Of a DNA stretch of 64,000 bases, positions 8,465-17,214 are shown piece after piece (position 1 is the first letter of the stretch; each line of letters opens with the position of its first letter). The notes under the pieces are model-generated. The model was given only the letters and a program-made list of their open reading frames with translations. It did not search any database and was not told the origin of the DNA. Made by a program: the position numbers and the translations under genes. This DNA is from a virus. The stretch is taken from positions 1 through 64,000 of the IMG/VR virus record IMGVR_UViG_3300047564_005433. The stretch is one strand, 5' to 3'.

Positions 8465-8479
8465 GGTTGGTTGCTTAAC

Positions 8480-8568
8480 GAGGAGCGTCGCCGCTCATGA
8501 GAGAACTATACAGCATGGCAAAGCAGGGCCTTACGGCCCCGCTGCTGGCGTTGATATTTCGTTACAAA
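8480..8568 (-). promoter_or_regulatory. Early promoter module 3
   Basis: HLR1-like repeat 8551-8568, hairpin, TATAGT 8505-8510, GAGCG-GCGA-CGCTC 5' hairpin. Confidence 0.7.
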
Positions 8569-8570
8569 GC

Positions 8571-8957
8571 TCAGTCCCAGTGGTTGATGCGAAGCTGCTT
8601 GCCGCTCCAGATGCGCATGGTGCGTTGCAGTTTGCTGTTCCACAGCCATTCTTCACCATCGCGATCCGTCTTGATGCGGAAGCTCTTGACAGGAGCCTCC
8701 ACTAGCTCACCGCCTTGATTGTCAGCACGGTTCTGGAAGACCAGCTTGGGCTTGCGAGTGAGTTCGGGCACTGCGTGGCCGCCTTCAGGGCCGTTGTCCA
8801 CTTCATGGCTCTGAATCTGCTGCACCCAGGCAGTTTTCTCCGTGCAACGCACCACCACGTAGAAATCGACGATGGTCATGGAATAGCCCCATGAGCTGGA
8901 GAGGATGGTGCCAGGCTGAAGCTGGGTGCCTTGGAGGGGAGGAGCAACGAGGGTCAT
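8571..8957 (-). CDS. Hypothetical protein
   Basis: GTILSSSWGYSMTIVDFYVV motif, seen in other phage early proteins. Confidence 0.65.
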   Translation of the reverse strand: MTLVAPPLQGTQLQPGTILSSSWGYSMTIVDFYVVVRCTEKTAWVQQIQSHEVDNGPEGGHAVPELTRKPKLVFQNRADNQGGELVEAPVKSFRIKTDRDGEEWLWNSKLQRTMRIWSGKQLRINHWD

Positions 8958-8968
8958 GGTTTTTGATT

Positions 8969-9047
8969 GAGGAGGCGTCTCCGCCTGTGAGAAGAACAAT
9001 ACAGCATGGCAGGGCCTCTATCGAGGCCTGTTACAAAGAGAAACATT
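8969..9047 (-). promoter_or_regulatory. Early promoter module 4
   Basis: HLR1-like repeat 9030-9047, hairpin, TATTGT 8996-9001, AGGCG-GAGA-CGCCT 5' hairpin. Confidence 0.7.
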
Positions 9048-9079
9048 TCATGTTTCCGACGAAGCGCAAGCGCTTCTGC

Positions 9080-9280
9080 TTAATAAAGGCTCTCGATGCG
9101 AAACGGGCGGAGCCTGCCCATGCGGAGCTTGTCTTCCTTGACAAATTGCTGGCTATTGGTTTTTGTATTCTTGATTTTATGCAGGCCAGTGTCAGTGATC
9201 TTCACCACTGTATATTCGCCTCTCCATTGTTGAAAGCCTGAATCGTAAAGATCAACGAGGGTTCCAATGGGGAAAGGCAT
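9080..9280 (-). CDS. Hypothetical protein, SH3-like
   Basis: 66-aa beta-rich ORF. Confidence 0.55.
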   Translation of the reverse strand: MPFPIGTLVDLYDSGFQQWRGEYTVVKITDTGLHKIKNTKTNSQQFVKEDKLRMGRLRPFRIESLY

Positions 9281-9375
9281 GATAGTATTTGTGTTCCCAA
9301 CAATTTCTTTGTGGGCGTTACCAGCGACGGAGCACGCTGTGAGGGCTAGGCCTCGTGAAGCCTAGCCCAGCTCTA

Positions 9376-9636
9376 CTATCGTTGCTGGTCGCAAATACCA
9401 GCGAGCATTTCGCCTGCGTATTGGTGAGCTTCACGAAGATTGTCAAGAGCTGCTTGGCGCTCGTCGCGAGCCTTGTAGAAAGCATCTGGTCCTTGAGGAT
9501 AAAAATCCCGACCATTAAGCTCGGCTTTTACTAGAGCATCAATGGCTTTGTCAATGGCTTGGTAAGCATTGGCGTAGCCGTCTCTGAGCGTGGTGAAGCC
9601 AGTGCCGTTAAGGTGGATGGTGGGGATGGTTGCCAT
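9376..9636 (-). CDS. Hypothetical protein
   Basis: PTIHLNGTG...NGRDFYPQG; follows promoter module 5. Confidence 0.65.
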   Translation of the reverse strand: MATIPTIHLNGTGFTTLRDGYANAYQAIDKAIDALVKAELNGRDFYPQGPDAFYKARDERQAALDNLREAHQYAGEMLAGICDQQR

Positions 9637-9641
9637 GGTTT

Positions 9642-9710
9642 GAGGCGCGAACGAGGGAACAATACAAAAGAAAGGGGCCTGATGGCCCCTTTGTCACAAA
9701 GCTTTACAAA
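9642..9710 (-). promoter_or_regulatory. Early promoter module 5
   Basis: GTCACAAA-GC-TTTACAAA 9693-9710, hairpin, TATTGT 9659-9664. Confidence 0.7.
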
Positions 9711-9895
9711 GACAAAAGTCGCTTGATGTCGCGCTCCACATTCTTCAAGCTGTGTCTGTCTGTCGTGCTTTTGCTGCAGACCAGCATTTTGCCAGAAGAA
9801 TGCTTAAAAACATAATGCTTTGTTTGTCTATGCAAAACAAAGCCATGCTTTTTAACAAGCGCAAACAATTCTCGTCTATTGTCCTTGAGAGCCAT
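9704..9895 (-). CDS. HicA-like small basic protein
   Basis: LVKKHGFVLHRQTKHYVFKHSSGKMLV resembles the HicA fold; no HicB neighbour. Confidence 0.55.
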   Translation of the reverse strand: MALKDNRRELFALVKKHGFVLHRQTKHYVFKHSSGKMLVCSKSTTDRHSLKNVERDIKRLLSL

Positions 9896-10125
9896 TAAGC
9901 GTCGCCAGCAAGTATTTGGCCAATTTCTGTTTCTGGGCCATCGCTGTAAACGAGGCAATTAGATTTCCAGGACAAAGGATTTTTACCTTCTCCCACCTCT
10001 TCCGACCAGATAGAAGGACGTTCGTTGGAGACTATTTCATTGGCGAAATCCTCCGCTTCGCAACTGTCTTCAGCCCAAACATAGGCTTGGTAGTTAATTT
10101 CAACAACGTACAGTTTCTTTTCCAT
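9895..10125 (-). CDS. Hypothetical acidic protein
   Basis: Translationally coupled ORF. Confidence 0.6.
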   Translation of the reverse strand: MEKKLYVVEINYQAYVWAEDSCEAEDFANEIVSNERPSIWSEEVGEGKNPLSWKSNCLVYSDGPETEIGQILAGDA

Positions 10126-10127
10126 GA

Positions 10128-10334
10128 TCAAAGCACCTTCCAAATGTCATCTTGCAAAGCGTCTGCAAGCGTGATTAGCAAGTCTTTCTTGCTTTTATAA
10201 GCGGGCTTATTAACGCGGGAAAGAATAAAAGAGCGAGCAGAAGAACGATCATTGGAGCTGTAATCTTGCCATTTGTGCTTGGCATTGTCAGAAACCATTT
10301 TGGCAATGGCTTGTTGCGTTTTGGTGAGAGGCAT
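10128..10334 (-). CDS. Hypothetical protein
   Basis: 68-aa ORF in operon. Confidence 0.6.
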   Translation of the reverse strand: MPLTKTQQAIAKMVSDNAKHKWQDYSSNDRSSARSFILSRVNKPAYKSKKDLLITLADALQDDIWKVL

Positions 10335-10337
10335 GGT

Positions 10338-10544
10338 TCAAAGATTTCGGGAGTGGATGTAAATAGACAAGCTTTTAATTTTGCCTTCTAACTTGCCAAT
10401 GTAATTAAACAGGCGCTCAAGCATCACGCCGTCTTCTTCCATTAGCTCTTCTGCTACTGGTCGCCCTTCGGGGAGCAAATACCGAGAAAACAGCACCCTG
10501 TCTCTGTTTGACATGCGTGGTTTGTTTTTACGAAAGAAGCGCAT
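10338..10544 (-). CDS. Hypothetical protein
   Basis: 68-aa ORF in operon. Confidence 0.55.
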   Translation of the reverse strand: MRFFRKNKPRMSNRDRVLFSRYLLPEGRPVAEELMEEDGVMLERLFNYIGKLEGKIKSLSIYIHSRNL

Positions 10545-10547
10545 TGT

Positions 10548-10826
10548 TCAGAAGACGAGGGTTTGTCCATTGGCTTTGATGCTTGTCACGCGCTCACAAT
10601 CAAACGAACGCCAAGCACCTTCCCCTTCTTTACGAGCGATGGAGAAATCACGACAACGGACAATGCTGGGCTTTTTGATTACCGTGCCAGTGCCCTTGAT
10701 TTCCTTGGTGTCCCAGGGATTGAACTGGAGCTTGCGCAGGGAACCGTCTGCCTTAACGAATTCCACTGAAACAATGCTGTGGCCAGCATTGAAGATGAAC
10801 TGTTTAATGCGGGAGGTTTTGTCCAT
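10548..10826 (-). CDS. WYL/SH3-like beta-barrel protein
   Basis: VEFVKADGSLRK...AWRSFDCERV pattern. Confidence 0.65.
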   Translation of the reverse strand: MDKTSRIKQFIFNAGHSIVSVEFVKADGSLRKLQFNPWDTKEIKGTGTVIKKPSIVRCRDFSIARKEGEGAWRSFDCERVTSIKANGQTLVF

Positions 10827-11102
10827 GAGGAGCTGTCGCCAGCGAAGGAACGAGGAAGAAAGAAAGGGGGAGCCTCTTGCGAAGCTCCTTTCCGATCGAC
10901 CGAAGGAACTATAGGCTCAACTGAGCGGGGCTGTCAAGCCTTGGTACGGGGAAGCCGTTGGCAATGCGGCAGTAGCGCTCAGGATGCAGGAGCATGCACT
11001 TCTCCAAGCCTTCCTTGTTGGGCAGCACGTTAGGGGAAGCTGCAATGGCAAAGGCACCTAGACCAAAGATGAGGCTTACGAGCAGGAAGGAAGCGGTGTC
11101 TT

Positions 11103-11459
11103 TCATAGCTTTGAAATGCAAACGTTTGTAACGCCTTGCGAGGGGCGGGCAATACGAGAGAAAGCGCCGATGGAAAGATCGAGAATGCGCCCTCCGTAGA
11201 ATGGCCCGCGATCTGAGACGGTCAACACCACTTGCTTTCCATTGTCACGGTTCTTAACAAGAAGCTTCGTGCCAAATGGAAGCCATGGATGGGCGGCGAT
11301 CATTGCTTGGGGATTCATGGGGCGACCATTGGCCATTGTCTGCCAGGCGTAGCCATCACCATGCCCTCCATAGAAGCTTGCTTCACCACATTGGAGCGTT
11401 GCTGCTTGCGCCTGGAGAGGGCATAGCAGCAGGAGAGAAAAAAGGAAACGTTTCATCAA
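11103..11459 (-). CDS. rlpA: RlpA-like double-psi beta-barrel lytic transglycosylase with signal peptide
   Basis: ASFYG, MANG, AAHPWLPFGT, DRGPFYGGRILDLS; hydrophobic N-terminus. Confidence 0.9.
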   Translation of the reverse strand: MMKRFLFSLLLLCPLQAQAATLQCGEASFYGGHGDGYAWQTMANGRPMNPQAMIAAHPWLPFGTKLLVKNRDNGKQVVLTVSDRGPFYGGRILDLSIGAFSRIARPSQGVTNVCISKL

Positions 11460-11569
11460 TTAGTACGAAAGAACTAGCGAGGGCCATGCCGTCTCCGACA
11501 AGGCAGCCCCTATTGTGCCATGAAACTGCTCGTTGCTGCCGAACGGACTTGGCGTGTTATGCTTTTGAA

Positions 11570-11780
11570 GCACTCGGCCCTAGCGGCTTAATTGCTGCTC
11601 TCGTCTTCGGGCGAGCCGTGAGGATGGGCGTTTCTGATGATGCGGGCGAAGATCGAACGATCTAGCCAAGGAGTTTTTGCATGGTCTCCTGCGAGGCGCA
11701 TCATCTCCCTACGCAACTGATGGGAAACAGAAAAATCGGAGGGTGTAAAGAGAAGGGGCCGCAAGGCCCTTTTTCTTTTG
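11570..11780 (+). ncRNA. Candidate structured small RNA of about 200 nt
   Basis: Extended -10 TGtTATGCT 11555-11563; C-UUCG-G hairpin 11600-11615; 9-bp stem 11636-44/11697-705; terminator about 11754-11778. Confidence 0.55.
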
Positions 11781-11826
11781 CCAATACAAAGCCAGTTAGA
11801 CTCAGGCAATACAAGATCAGCCGATC

Positions 11827-11994
11827 ATGAAGCTTTCTGCAGAGCAGGAAAGAGAAAGGCTTAAACGATGGATGGCAAGCGGGGAAGTTTATGACCCTCG
11901 CAACGAAGAAGATTTTGACACTTGGTCCGTAGGGATGGAGCCTCTTCCTGGTGATACAACGTGGGCAAAGAAAAAGCCCCTTGAGGGGCTTTAG
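11827..11994 (+). CDS. Small hypothetical protein (MKLSAEQERE...)
   Basis: 55-aa ORF translated by hand, ending in a terminator hairpin. Confidence 0.5.
   Translation: MKLSAEQERERLKRWMASGEVYDPRNEEDFDTWSVGMEPLPGDTTWAKKKPLEGL
11971..11992. terminator. Intrinsic terminator, probably bidirectional
   Basis: AAAAAGCCCC-TTGA-GGGGCTTT between convergent genes. Confidence 0.7.
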
Positions 11995-12061
11995 CAGGAT
12001 TCTTGATAAATGGCGTTTATTGGAAATCCTGATAATTGACGAGGGCTCTCAGTGGGTCTGA

Positions 12062-12280
12062 CTACTGGTCTTCAAGCTCATCAGCGATGGCGAGTAAGTC
12101 GTCCGCGTCGCACTGCCATATGTCGTGGCCAGGATGCCTCTGCGTATGGGCTACAGCAGCACGAAGGGCGGCGGCAGCAATGTCCCTAGAGTCATTTAGG
12201 ATGTCATCTGGGCCATAGCAGCAAGCGCCATTGGCGGCATCCAACACAGCTTGGGCAGCAGGTGAAAGTTGTTGAGTCAT
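12062..12280 (-). CDS. Cassette gene, paralog of 12782-13030
   Basis: LSPAAQAV..IAAAALRA..LLAIADELE. Confidence 0.7.
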   Translation of the reverse strand: MTQQLSPAAQAVLDAANGACCYGPDDILNDSRDIAAAALRAAVAHTQRHPGHDIWQCDADDLLAIADELEDQ

Positions 12281-12292
12281 TAGTTGATCGGA

Positions 12293-12763
12293 CTAAGAGG
12301 GCTGGGGCAAAGCGTTGGCGGGGAGCCAGTGGGAAAAGCCCAGCCATTGGACAGAAGGCAACACGTGTTGAGTTGGTACTAAATACCAAGATTCCCAAAT
12401 GTCGTCGTCTTCCGGGTTGTACTGGTGAAAACCCCAACACCTCCCTTCTTCATCGCAATCTTCCGGTCCTGGCAGGCGCTCGCTCACTGGGATGGACTGA
12501 GTTGAACTATCTGGAGATCCCGGATGGTTGCCCCAGCGAGCAAGGACAGCACGGGCATAGGCACGCCAGCTTTCGGGCTCACCGCTCTGGTCGATCTCGG
12601 TGAACAGCTCGTCAAGAGCCTCATCAGTCGGCTCCTCCGGCTCAGGCTCAGCCAGGGCGTCGCGGACACGCAGCATTAGGGGAGACAAGTGCATCCGATC
12701 TGTGGGAATACCGCTATCAATAGCGTCAACCAACTCAGCGCACAGTCGTTTGTAATCGGTCAT
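12293..12763 (-). CDS. Cassette gene, mosaic protein with DUF551-like C-terminus
   Basis: IPVSERLP...SHWLP motifs. Confidence 0.7.
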   Translation of the reverse strand: MTDYKRLCAELVDAIDSGIPTDRMHLSPLMLRVRDALAEPEPEEPTDEALDELFTEIDQSGEPESWRAYARAVLARWGNHPGSPDSSTQSIPVSERLPGPEDCDEEGRCWGFHQYNPEDDDIWESWYLVPTQHVLPSVQWLGFSHWLPANALPQPS

Positions 12764-12781
12764 GGTGTTAAGTGAGGTGGA

Positions 12782-13030
12782 CTACTGGGCATAAAGCTCA
12801 TCAGCAATAGAAAGAAGTTGCTGACGGCATTTTTGTCTTGTGTCCCGCTCAAGCTGCCAACGCTCATCAAGAAAGTGAAGCGGCTCTTCTGGAACTATTT
12901 GATCTGCAACAGCACGTAAAACAGCGGCTGCAATCTCTTCAGCTTGGCAAGGATAGTCGTCTGGATCAAAAGAGCTGACATAAAGGGCAGCTTTTGCTAC
13001 TGCTTGTGCAGCAAGTGAAAGTTGAGACAT
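12782..13030 (-). CDS. Cassette gene, paralog of 12062-12280
   Basis: LSLAAQAV..IAAAVLRA..LLSIADELY. Confidence 0.7.
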   Translation of the reverse strand: MSQLSLAAQAVAKAALYVSSFDPDDYPCQAEEIAAAVLRAVADQIVPEEPLHFLDERWQLERDTRQKCRQQLLSIADELYAQ

Positions 13031-13044
13031 AGAAGTGATGTTGA

Positions 13045-13383
13045 CTACTCGGGCAGGGATTCAAGAGCTGTCTTGATGGTTTCAAGGTCTTGGTGAAACT
13101 CTCTGGTGTCATCAGCGCCTGTGGCTATGGCATAGAGAGCACCCAGCGCCTGCTCCTTCAAGCTCGGCGGCTTGGTGCGGCGGGCGGTGCGGAGACCCCG
13201 GCTTAAAGTTTCCCAGTGATCTGCAACTAGCAACTCACAGCACGCCTCCAGCTCCTGATCAGCGCCAGCCTGGTAAGCCTGAACAAACAAAGAGTCAACA
13301 TCAGCGCCCATGGCTAGAGCCTGTTTGCACCAGGCATCAACCTGCCACTGCGGCGGAGTAATCGGATGGTTTTTGTCAGTCAT
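13045..13383 (-). CDS. Cassette gene, hypothetical protein
   Basis: HPITPP..GADQELEACC..PSLKEQAL; start at MTDKNHP. Confidence 0.7.
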   Translation of the reverse strand: MTDKNHPITPPQWQVDAWCKQALAMGADVDSLFVQAYQAGADQELEACCELLVADHWETLSRGLRTARRTKPPSLKEQALGALYAIATGADDTREFHQDLETIKTALESLPE

Positions 13384-14078
13384 GAGAAAGAGAAGTGTGT
13401 AGAAATTGGCAATTTGGCTAGATGGAAGTGATGAGACGATAGCGCTTGAGGATTTCCTCTTGCTCTTTATCTCGCCAGTATTGAAGCCTACGCTCAAGCC
13501 TTGCCGTGGCAAGTTGCATTACGCTTCGCTTGTCATGGTCCCAATCAAGCAATGGATCAGAATTGCTGGCCAAAGAGCTGCTCGTAGGCATGAGAGATAG
13601 CGCGAAATTTCCTAAGATGATGATCCCTATCTTTCGCCAACAATTCCGCGAGATCTTTAACGAGCTGGTCGCCATTGTCATTGTCAAAGTATTCAAAAAT
13701 AGCGTCCGTAAGTGTGTCTTTGGGCGTGCTCACAGTTTGCCTCCTTTAATGGCATTGTTGTAGTTCATCAGATATTCTTCAAAATCAGCGCCAGTGGGAG
13801 CTTCTTTACAAAGCTCTTCATGGTTCTCCTTGAGCATTTCCAAGCTCACAACAAATGCACAACGAATGCGATTCAAAGCAAGTTGTTGCACGAGATTGGG
13901 CTCTTCATCAATAGCCTTTTCAATGGTGCAAATGTATTCCTGCAGATCAGTCATGGCAAAGCTGCGCGTCACCATTGGCTGACCAAAGCTCATGGCAAGC
14001 TCGTTGTCCTTAAAAGCAGAAACGGGATGGTTCGGCAGCAGGTGATTGAAAGAGACGGTCACGATGGAAAAGCGGAGG

Positions 14079-14161
14079 GCTAGCGACGTTCGCCGTCGCA
14101 TGGCCATAGTATGCCATCAAAAAGGCCCCCATCAAGGGGGCCGTTCATAAATCGTTACAAA
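14079..14161 (-). promoter_or_regulatory. Early promoter module 6
   Basis: TTCATAAA-TC-GTTACAAA 14144-14161, GGCCCCC/GGGGGCC hairpin, -10-like TACTAT, 5' hairpin GCGACG/CGTCGC. Confidence 0.6.
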
Positions 14162-14577
14162 GCTCGTGCTGGCTTTCGCAAGGCCTGCGTGGCAATGCTC
14201 AAATTCTTAGTGATGGGCAATGGCTTTTCCCTCCACTTGATGGCAATGGCATGGCAAGTGCCCACTGGCATCAGCTCAGCGTGCCTGTAAGCCCTGTCCA
14301 GCAGAATTTGATAGGCCTGGCGTTTTGGTTTGCTCATTGGCCCCTCGGGCTCTTCAATGTTGGTGCGAGCGAAATCAGCCAGCTCCGTGATGTCATCTAG
14401 TTCGTTCGTGGCAATAACAAAATGCCTGCCACGTTGCTGCACCTTTCGCCATGCTGGATGAATGGGAGGGTTTTCCATGGCCAAGGCTTGCGCTTCTTCT
14501 CGGAGTTGAGGAGGAATGCAAATGTGAACCATGCGAGGCAAGGAATGCTCTTCAACCAAGGAGAGCTGATAATCCAT
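14155..14577 (-). CDS. Hypothetical protein
   Basis: 140-aa ORF from MDYQL. Confidence 0.6.
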   Translation of the reverse strand: MDYQLSLVEEHSLPRMVHICIPPQLREEAQALAMENPPIHPAWRKVQQRGRHFVIATNELDDITELADFARTNIEEPEGPMSKPKRQAYQILLDRAYRHAELMPVGTCHAIAIKWREKPLPITKNLSIATQALRKPARAL

Positions 14578-15283
14578 GGTTAGGCGAAACGGAATTGTCC
14601 GAAGCGAAAGGAACGAGAGCCAATGGCAAGGCGACATTCGCCAAAACCATCGTACATAGTGCCAAGAAGAAAGCTATTCCTCCATTGGAAACAAAATCGT
14701 CCTAGGCGGAAATGGCCAGTGGCATCAGTGCAATGGAAAGAGAACGTCATGGGCTGGTTTTGTCTTTAGTGACAGTAGCTTCAATGGCATTAGCAAGCTG
14801 CAGCTTGCTTAAATCAGGAAATTGTTTCGTACTAACACGAATCATTTCCACTGCCGCCAAAATGCCTTCATTCATGGCGTCTTCAGTGACTTTTGCAATC
14901 ACTGCACGCATTGCAGCTTCTTCTATTGGTGTCATTTGTTAATAACAGGAAGTGATTGGCCCAGTGTCTCAAGCCAGCAGAGCATACACCAATGGCCGTT
15001 ATGACCAGGAATCGTACTCACAATGGTATGGGGATGAACACCGTGTTTTGGGCAATCAATTTTGGCAGCTTCAACAACGAGAGTGCTTTTCCACTCTAGG
15101 TCTGTCAATTGTGTCATAACTGTGGATCTTCAGGAAGCGGAGGAATTTCTTCAATGAGAGCAATCTTTACATCGGGGCGCATTGCAAGAAGAAAATGCTC
15201 TGCTTGTTTTGCTGAAATTGCCCCAAGGGCAATTTTCTTCCCTTCTGAAGTGGTAATACAAAACGTACGACAAAGTGAGGCCA

Positions 15284-15730
15284 TTACCAACTTTCCTCCT
15301 CAAGCTCTTCAAGGATGTGTTGACTGAGCGTTTGTTCAAGCATGGGCTTCCATCCGCCGTCGCCTCCAATGCTATTAATTTCTCCCAAGAGATGGAGGGC
15401 ATCAGCAACGCGAGTGGCGTCCATCAGACAGCTACAGGCCATACTCGGCTCCTCGCCAATCAGCTCCTCAAACATGCCAATGTGCAGCTCAAACCATTTA
15501 CCAAGACAGAACAGGGCAATTTGCCTGTAGGTTTCGTCGCCATGCTTTTCGAGCATGGCTTCAATGGTGGCGGCCAGCTTTGGAGGAATGCCTACGGTGC
15601 CATGGTCCTGCAGGCCAGGGGAGATTGAAGAGGCAATAGCTTGACGCTTGCCGTCTTTGGCGGCTACGGCTTGGCGCAGGAAATCGTCAACGGAGGCGAA
15701 TTGATCCAATGCAAGGAAGCGTTTCGTCAA
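15284..15730 (-). CDS. Hypothetical protein
   Basis: 148-aa ORF in the leftward run. Confidence 0.6.
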   Translation of the reverse strand: MTKRFLALDQFASVDDFLRQAVAAKDGKRQAIASSISPGLQDHGTVGIPPKLAATIEAMLEKHGDETYRQIALFCLGKWFELHIGMFEELIGEEPSMACSCLMDATRVADALHLLGEINSIGGDGGWKPMLEQTLSQHILEELEEESW

Positions 15731-15754
15731 TAATGGCGCCTTAAGGCGCCGTTG

Positions 15755-16510
15755 TCAATAATCATCTTCATTAATTGTTTGTAAAGGCATGGTTTCAGGA
15801 ATGGGCTCACTTTCTGGCTCGGCATCAAAGCTGATGGTCTCAGCAGACGCAAGGAGAGAATTGCCACGTCGTTCTTCCGTAGCCTTCGCTTCCTTCTCCT
15901 TTTCAATGGTGGAAGACAAGTCTTTTAGGAAGGTTCGGTAGGAAGTGTCTTGGTTTTCTACTGGCTTGATTTCGTTCAAGCCCAGCAGCTTTGCTTGTTC
16001 CACCAAGGAGTTTTTGGCCACGTTAAGGAACGAAGCATCACCAGCGCTTTCTTCTATCTTCACCATTTCCTTTCCGCCATCGTCACCGCCGTCCATGATG
16101 GTCACTGTCTTTTTGCGCTTACTGGTTTCAAAGCTTGCCAATGCAAGATCTTTTAGGTCCATTTGCTCTTTCAACAAACGCGCCCGATGAGTGTCTTGAT
16201 TCTTGAGAATCTCTTGCGTGTATAGGTCTCTGTTGAAATGCCTATCTCCATTGACTGTTTCTTTGCTTAGTTTTAGTACATTCGCGATCTGACGATTGCT
16301 CATCTTCGCTGCCAACAATTCTTGCACCATCCATCGCCTTACGCCAAGCATTTCCTTTGTATAAATGCCAGCACCATGCGTGCCGCCCTTTGATTTATGC
16401 TCGCGGATGGTTTCGTATTGCGTAATTGGTACGCCTGCCTTTTCTAAGGCTTTCCTCGCATAAGCTTCTTCTTCTTCAGGCGTGGCGAATTCAATCTCTG
16501 GACGAGGCAT
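15755..16510 (-). CDS. HTH protein, probable terminase small subunit
   Basis: HTH MSNRQIANVLKLSKETV followed by a coiled coil and GDASFL..QAKLLGL. Confidence 0.55.
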   Translation of the reverse strand: MPRPEIEFATPEEEEAYARKALEKAGVPITQYETIREHKSKGGTHGAGIYTKEMLGVRRWMVQELLAAKMSNRQIANVLKLSKETVNGDRHFNRDLYTQEILKNQDTHRARLLKEQMDLKDLALASFETSKRKKTVTIMDGGDDGGKEMVKIEESAGDASFLNVAKNSLVEQAKLLGLNEIKPVENQDTSYRTFLKDLSSTIEKEKEAKATEERRGNSLLASAETISFDAEPESEPIPETMPLQTINEDDY

Positions 16511-16729
16511 TGTTTATTATTTTGCTCCTCGCATTGTATCCCCTTTTCCATGGAGAGTACGGACAAACAATTCAGTGAAACGTTCCATGCGAGAAGCCAC
16601 GACAGTGGCTGGACCATCATCAATTGCTTTCTTGAGCATGCAAAGCTCTTCCCACTCAGAGTCAGACAATGGCACGATGATTTCCATAGTTAAGCAAAGG
16701 GGCGCATAAAGCGCCCCGTTTCTCCACAA

Positions 16730-16945
16730 TCAATGATACTGCCAGAAGGCTTTTTCTAGCAAATCATCAAAATCGTTAAGCTTTTTAGGGCAATACTTTC
16801 GGACAAATTCTTCCATTTCCTTATGGAAGCTATCGACAATTTCTGCATAGGCAGCATCTAGTCCACGAGCGTCCATTTCATGCTCAGCTTCGCGCTCATA
16901 AGCAAGAGCCATGCAATCTTTTGGATTGGTGCAAAATTCACGCAT
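16730..16945 (-). CDS. Hypothetical protein
   Basis: Coupled ORF from MREFC. Confidence 0.55.
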   Translation of the reverse strand: MREFCTNPKDCMALAYEREAEHEMDARGLDAAYAEIVDSFHKEMEEFVRKYCPKKLNDFDDLLEKAFWQYH

Positions 16946-17174
16946 TAGCCTGCTCCTGAGTGGCGAAGCCATTATCAATTAATTGCTTGATTTCATGCAA
17001 GCTAGAGCGCCAATGGCGCTCGCCATTCTCATCCCTTGCTCCATAAATTGTTCGGGCCGCTGGTTGCGGCCCTTTGCTTGGCTTTGAAAAACCGTGATGG
17101 ACAATAGGCAAAATTTCTGCCCCATTGTGCTCTAGGAGGGGAAGCTTGTCTACTGGTTGAGGCGGGAGAAGCAT
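16938..17174 (-). CDS. Hypothetical protein
   Basis: 78-aa ORF. Confidence 0.6.
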   Translation of the reverse strand: MLLPPQPVDKLPLLEHNGAEILPIVHHGFSKPSKGPQPAARTIYGARDENGERHWRSSLHEIKQLIDNGFATQEQANA

Positions 17175-17214
17175 TGCGCTGGTAGATTCCTTTGCAATGT
17201 TAAGAGCGTTTTAG

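Larger units (their letters stand above)
12050..13047. repeat. Four symmetric (T)AGT-N7-ACTA sites overlapping consecutive stop codons
   Basis: 12050-64 CAGT-GGGTCTG-ACTA; 12281-95 TAGT-TGATCGG-ACTA; 12770-84 AAGT-GAGGTGG-ACTA; 13033-47 AAGT-GATGTTG-ACTA. Confidence 0.75.

Noticed and set aside
11630-11730. Hammerhead ribozyme (CUGAUGA ... GAAAC)
   Set aside because: CUGAUGA is paired within a 9-bp stem and GAAA does not follow stem II as required
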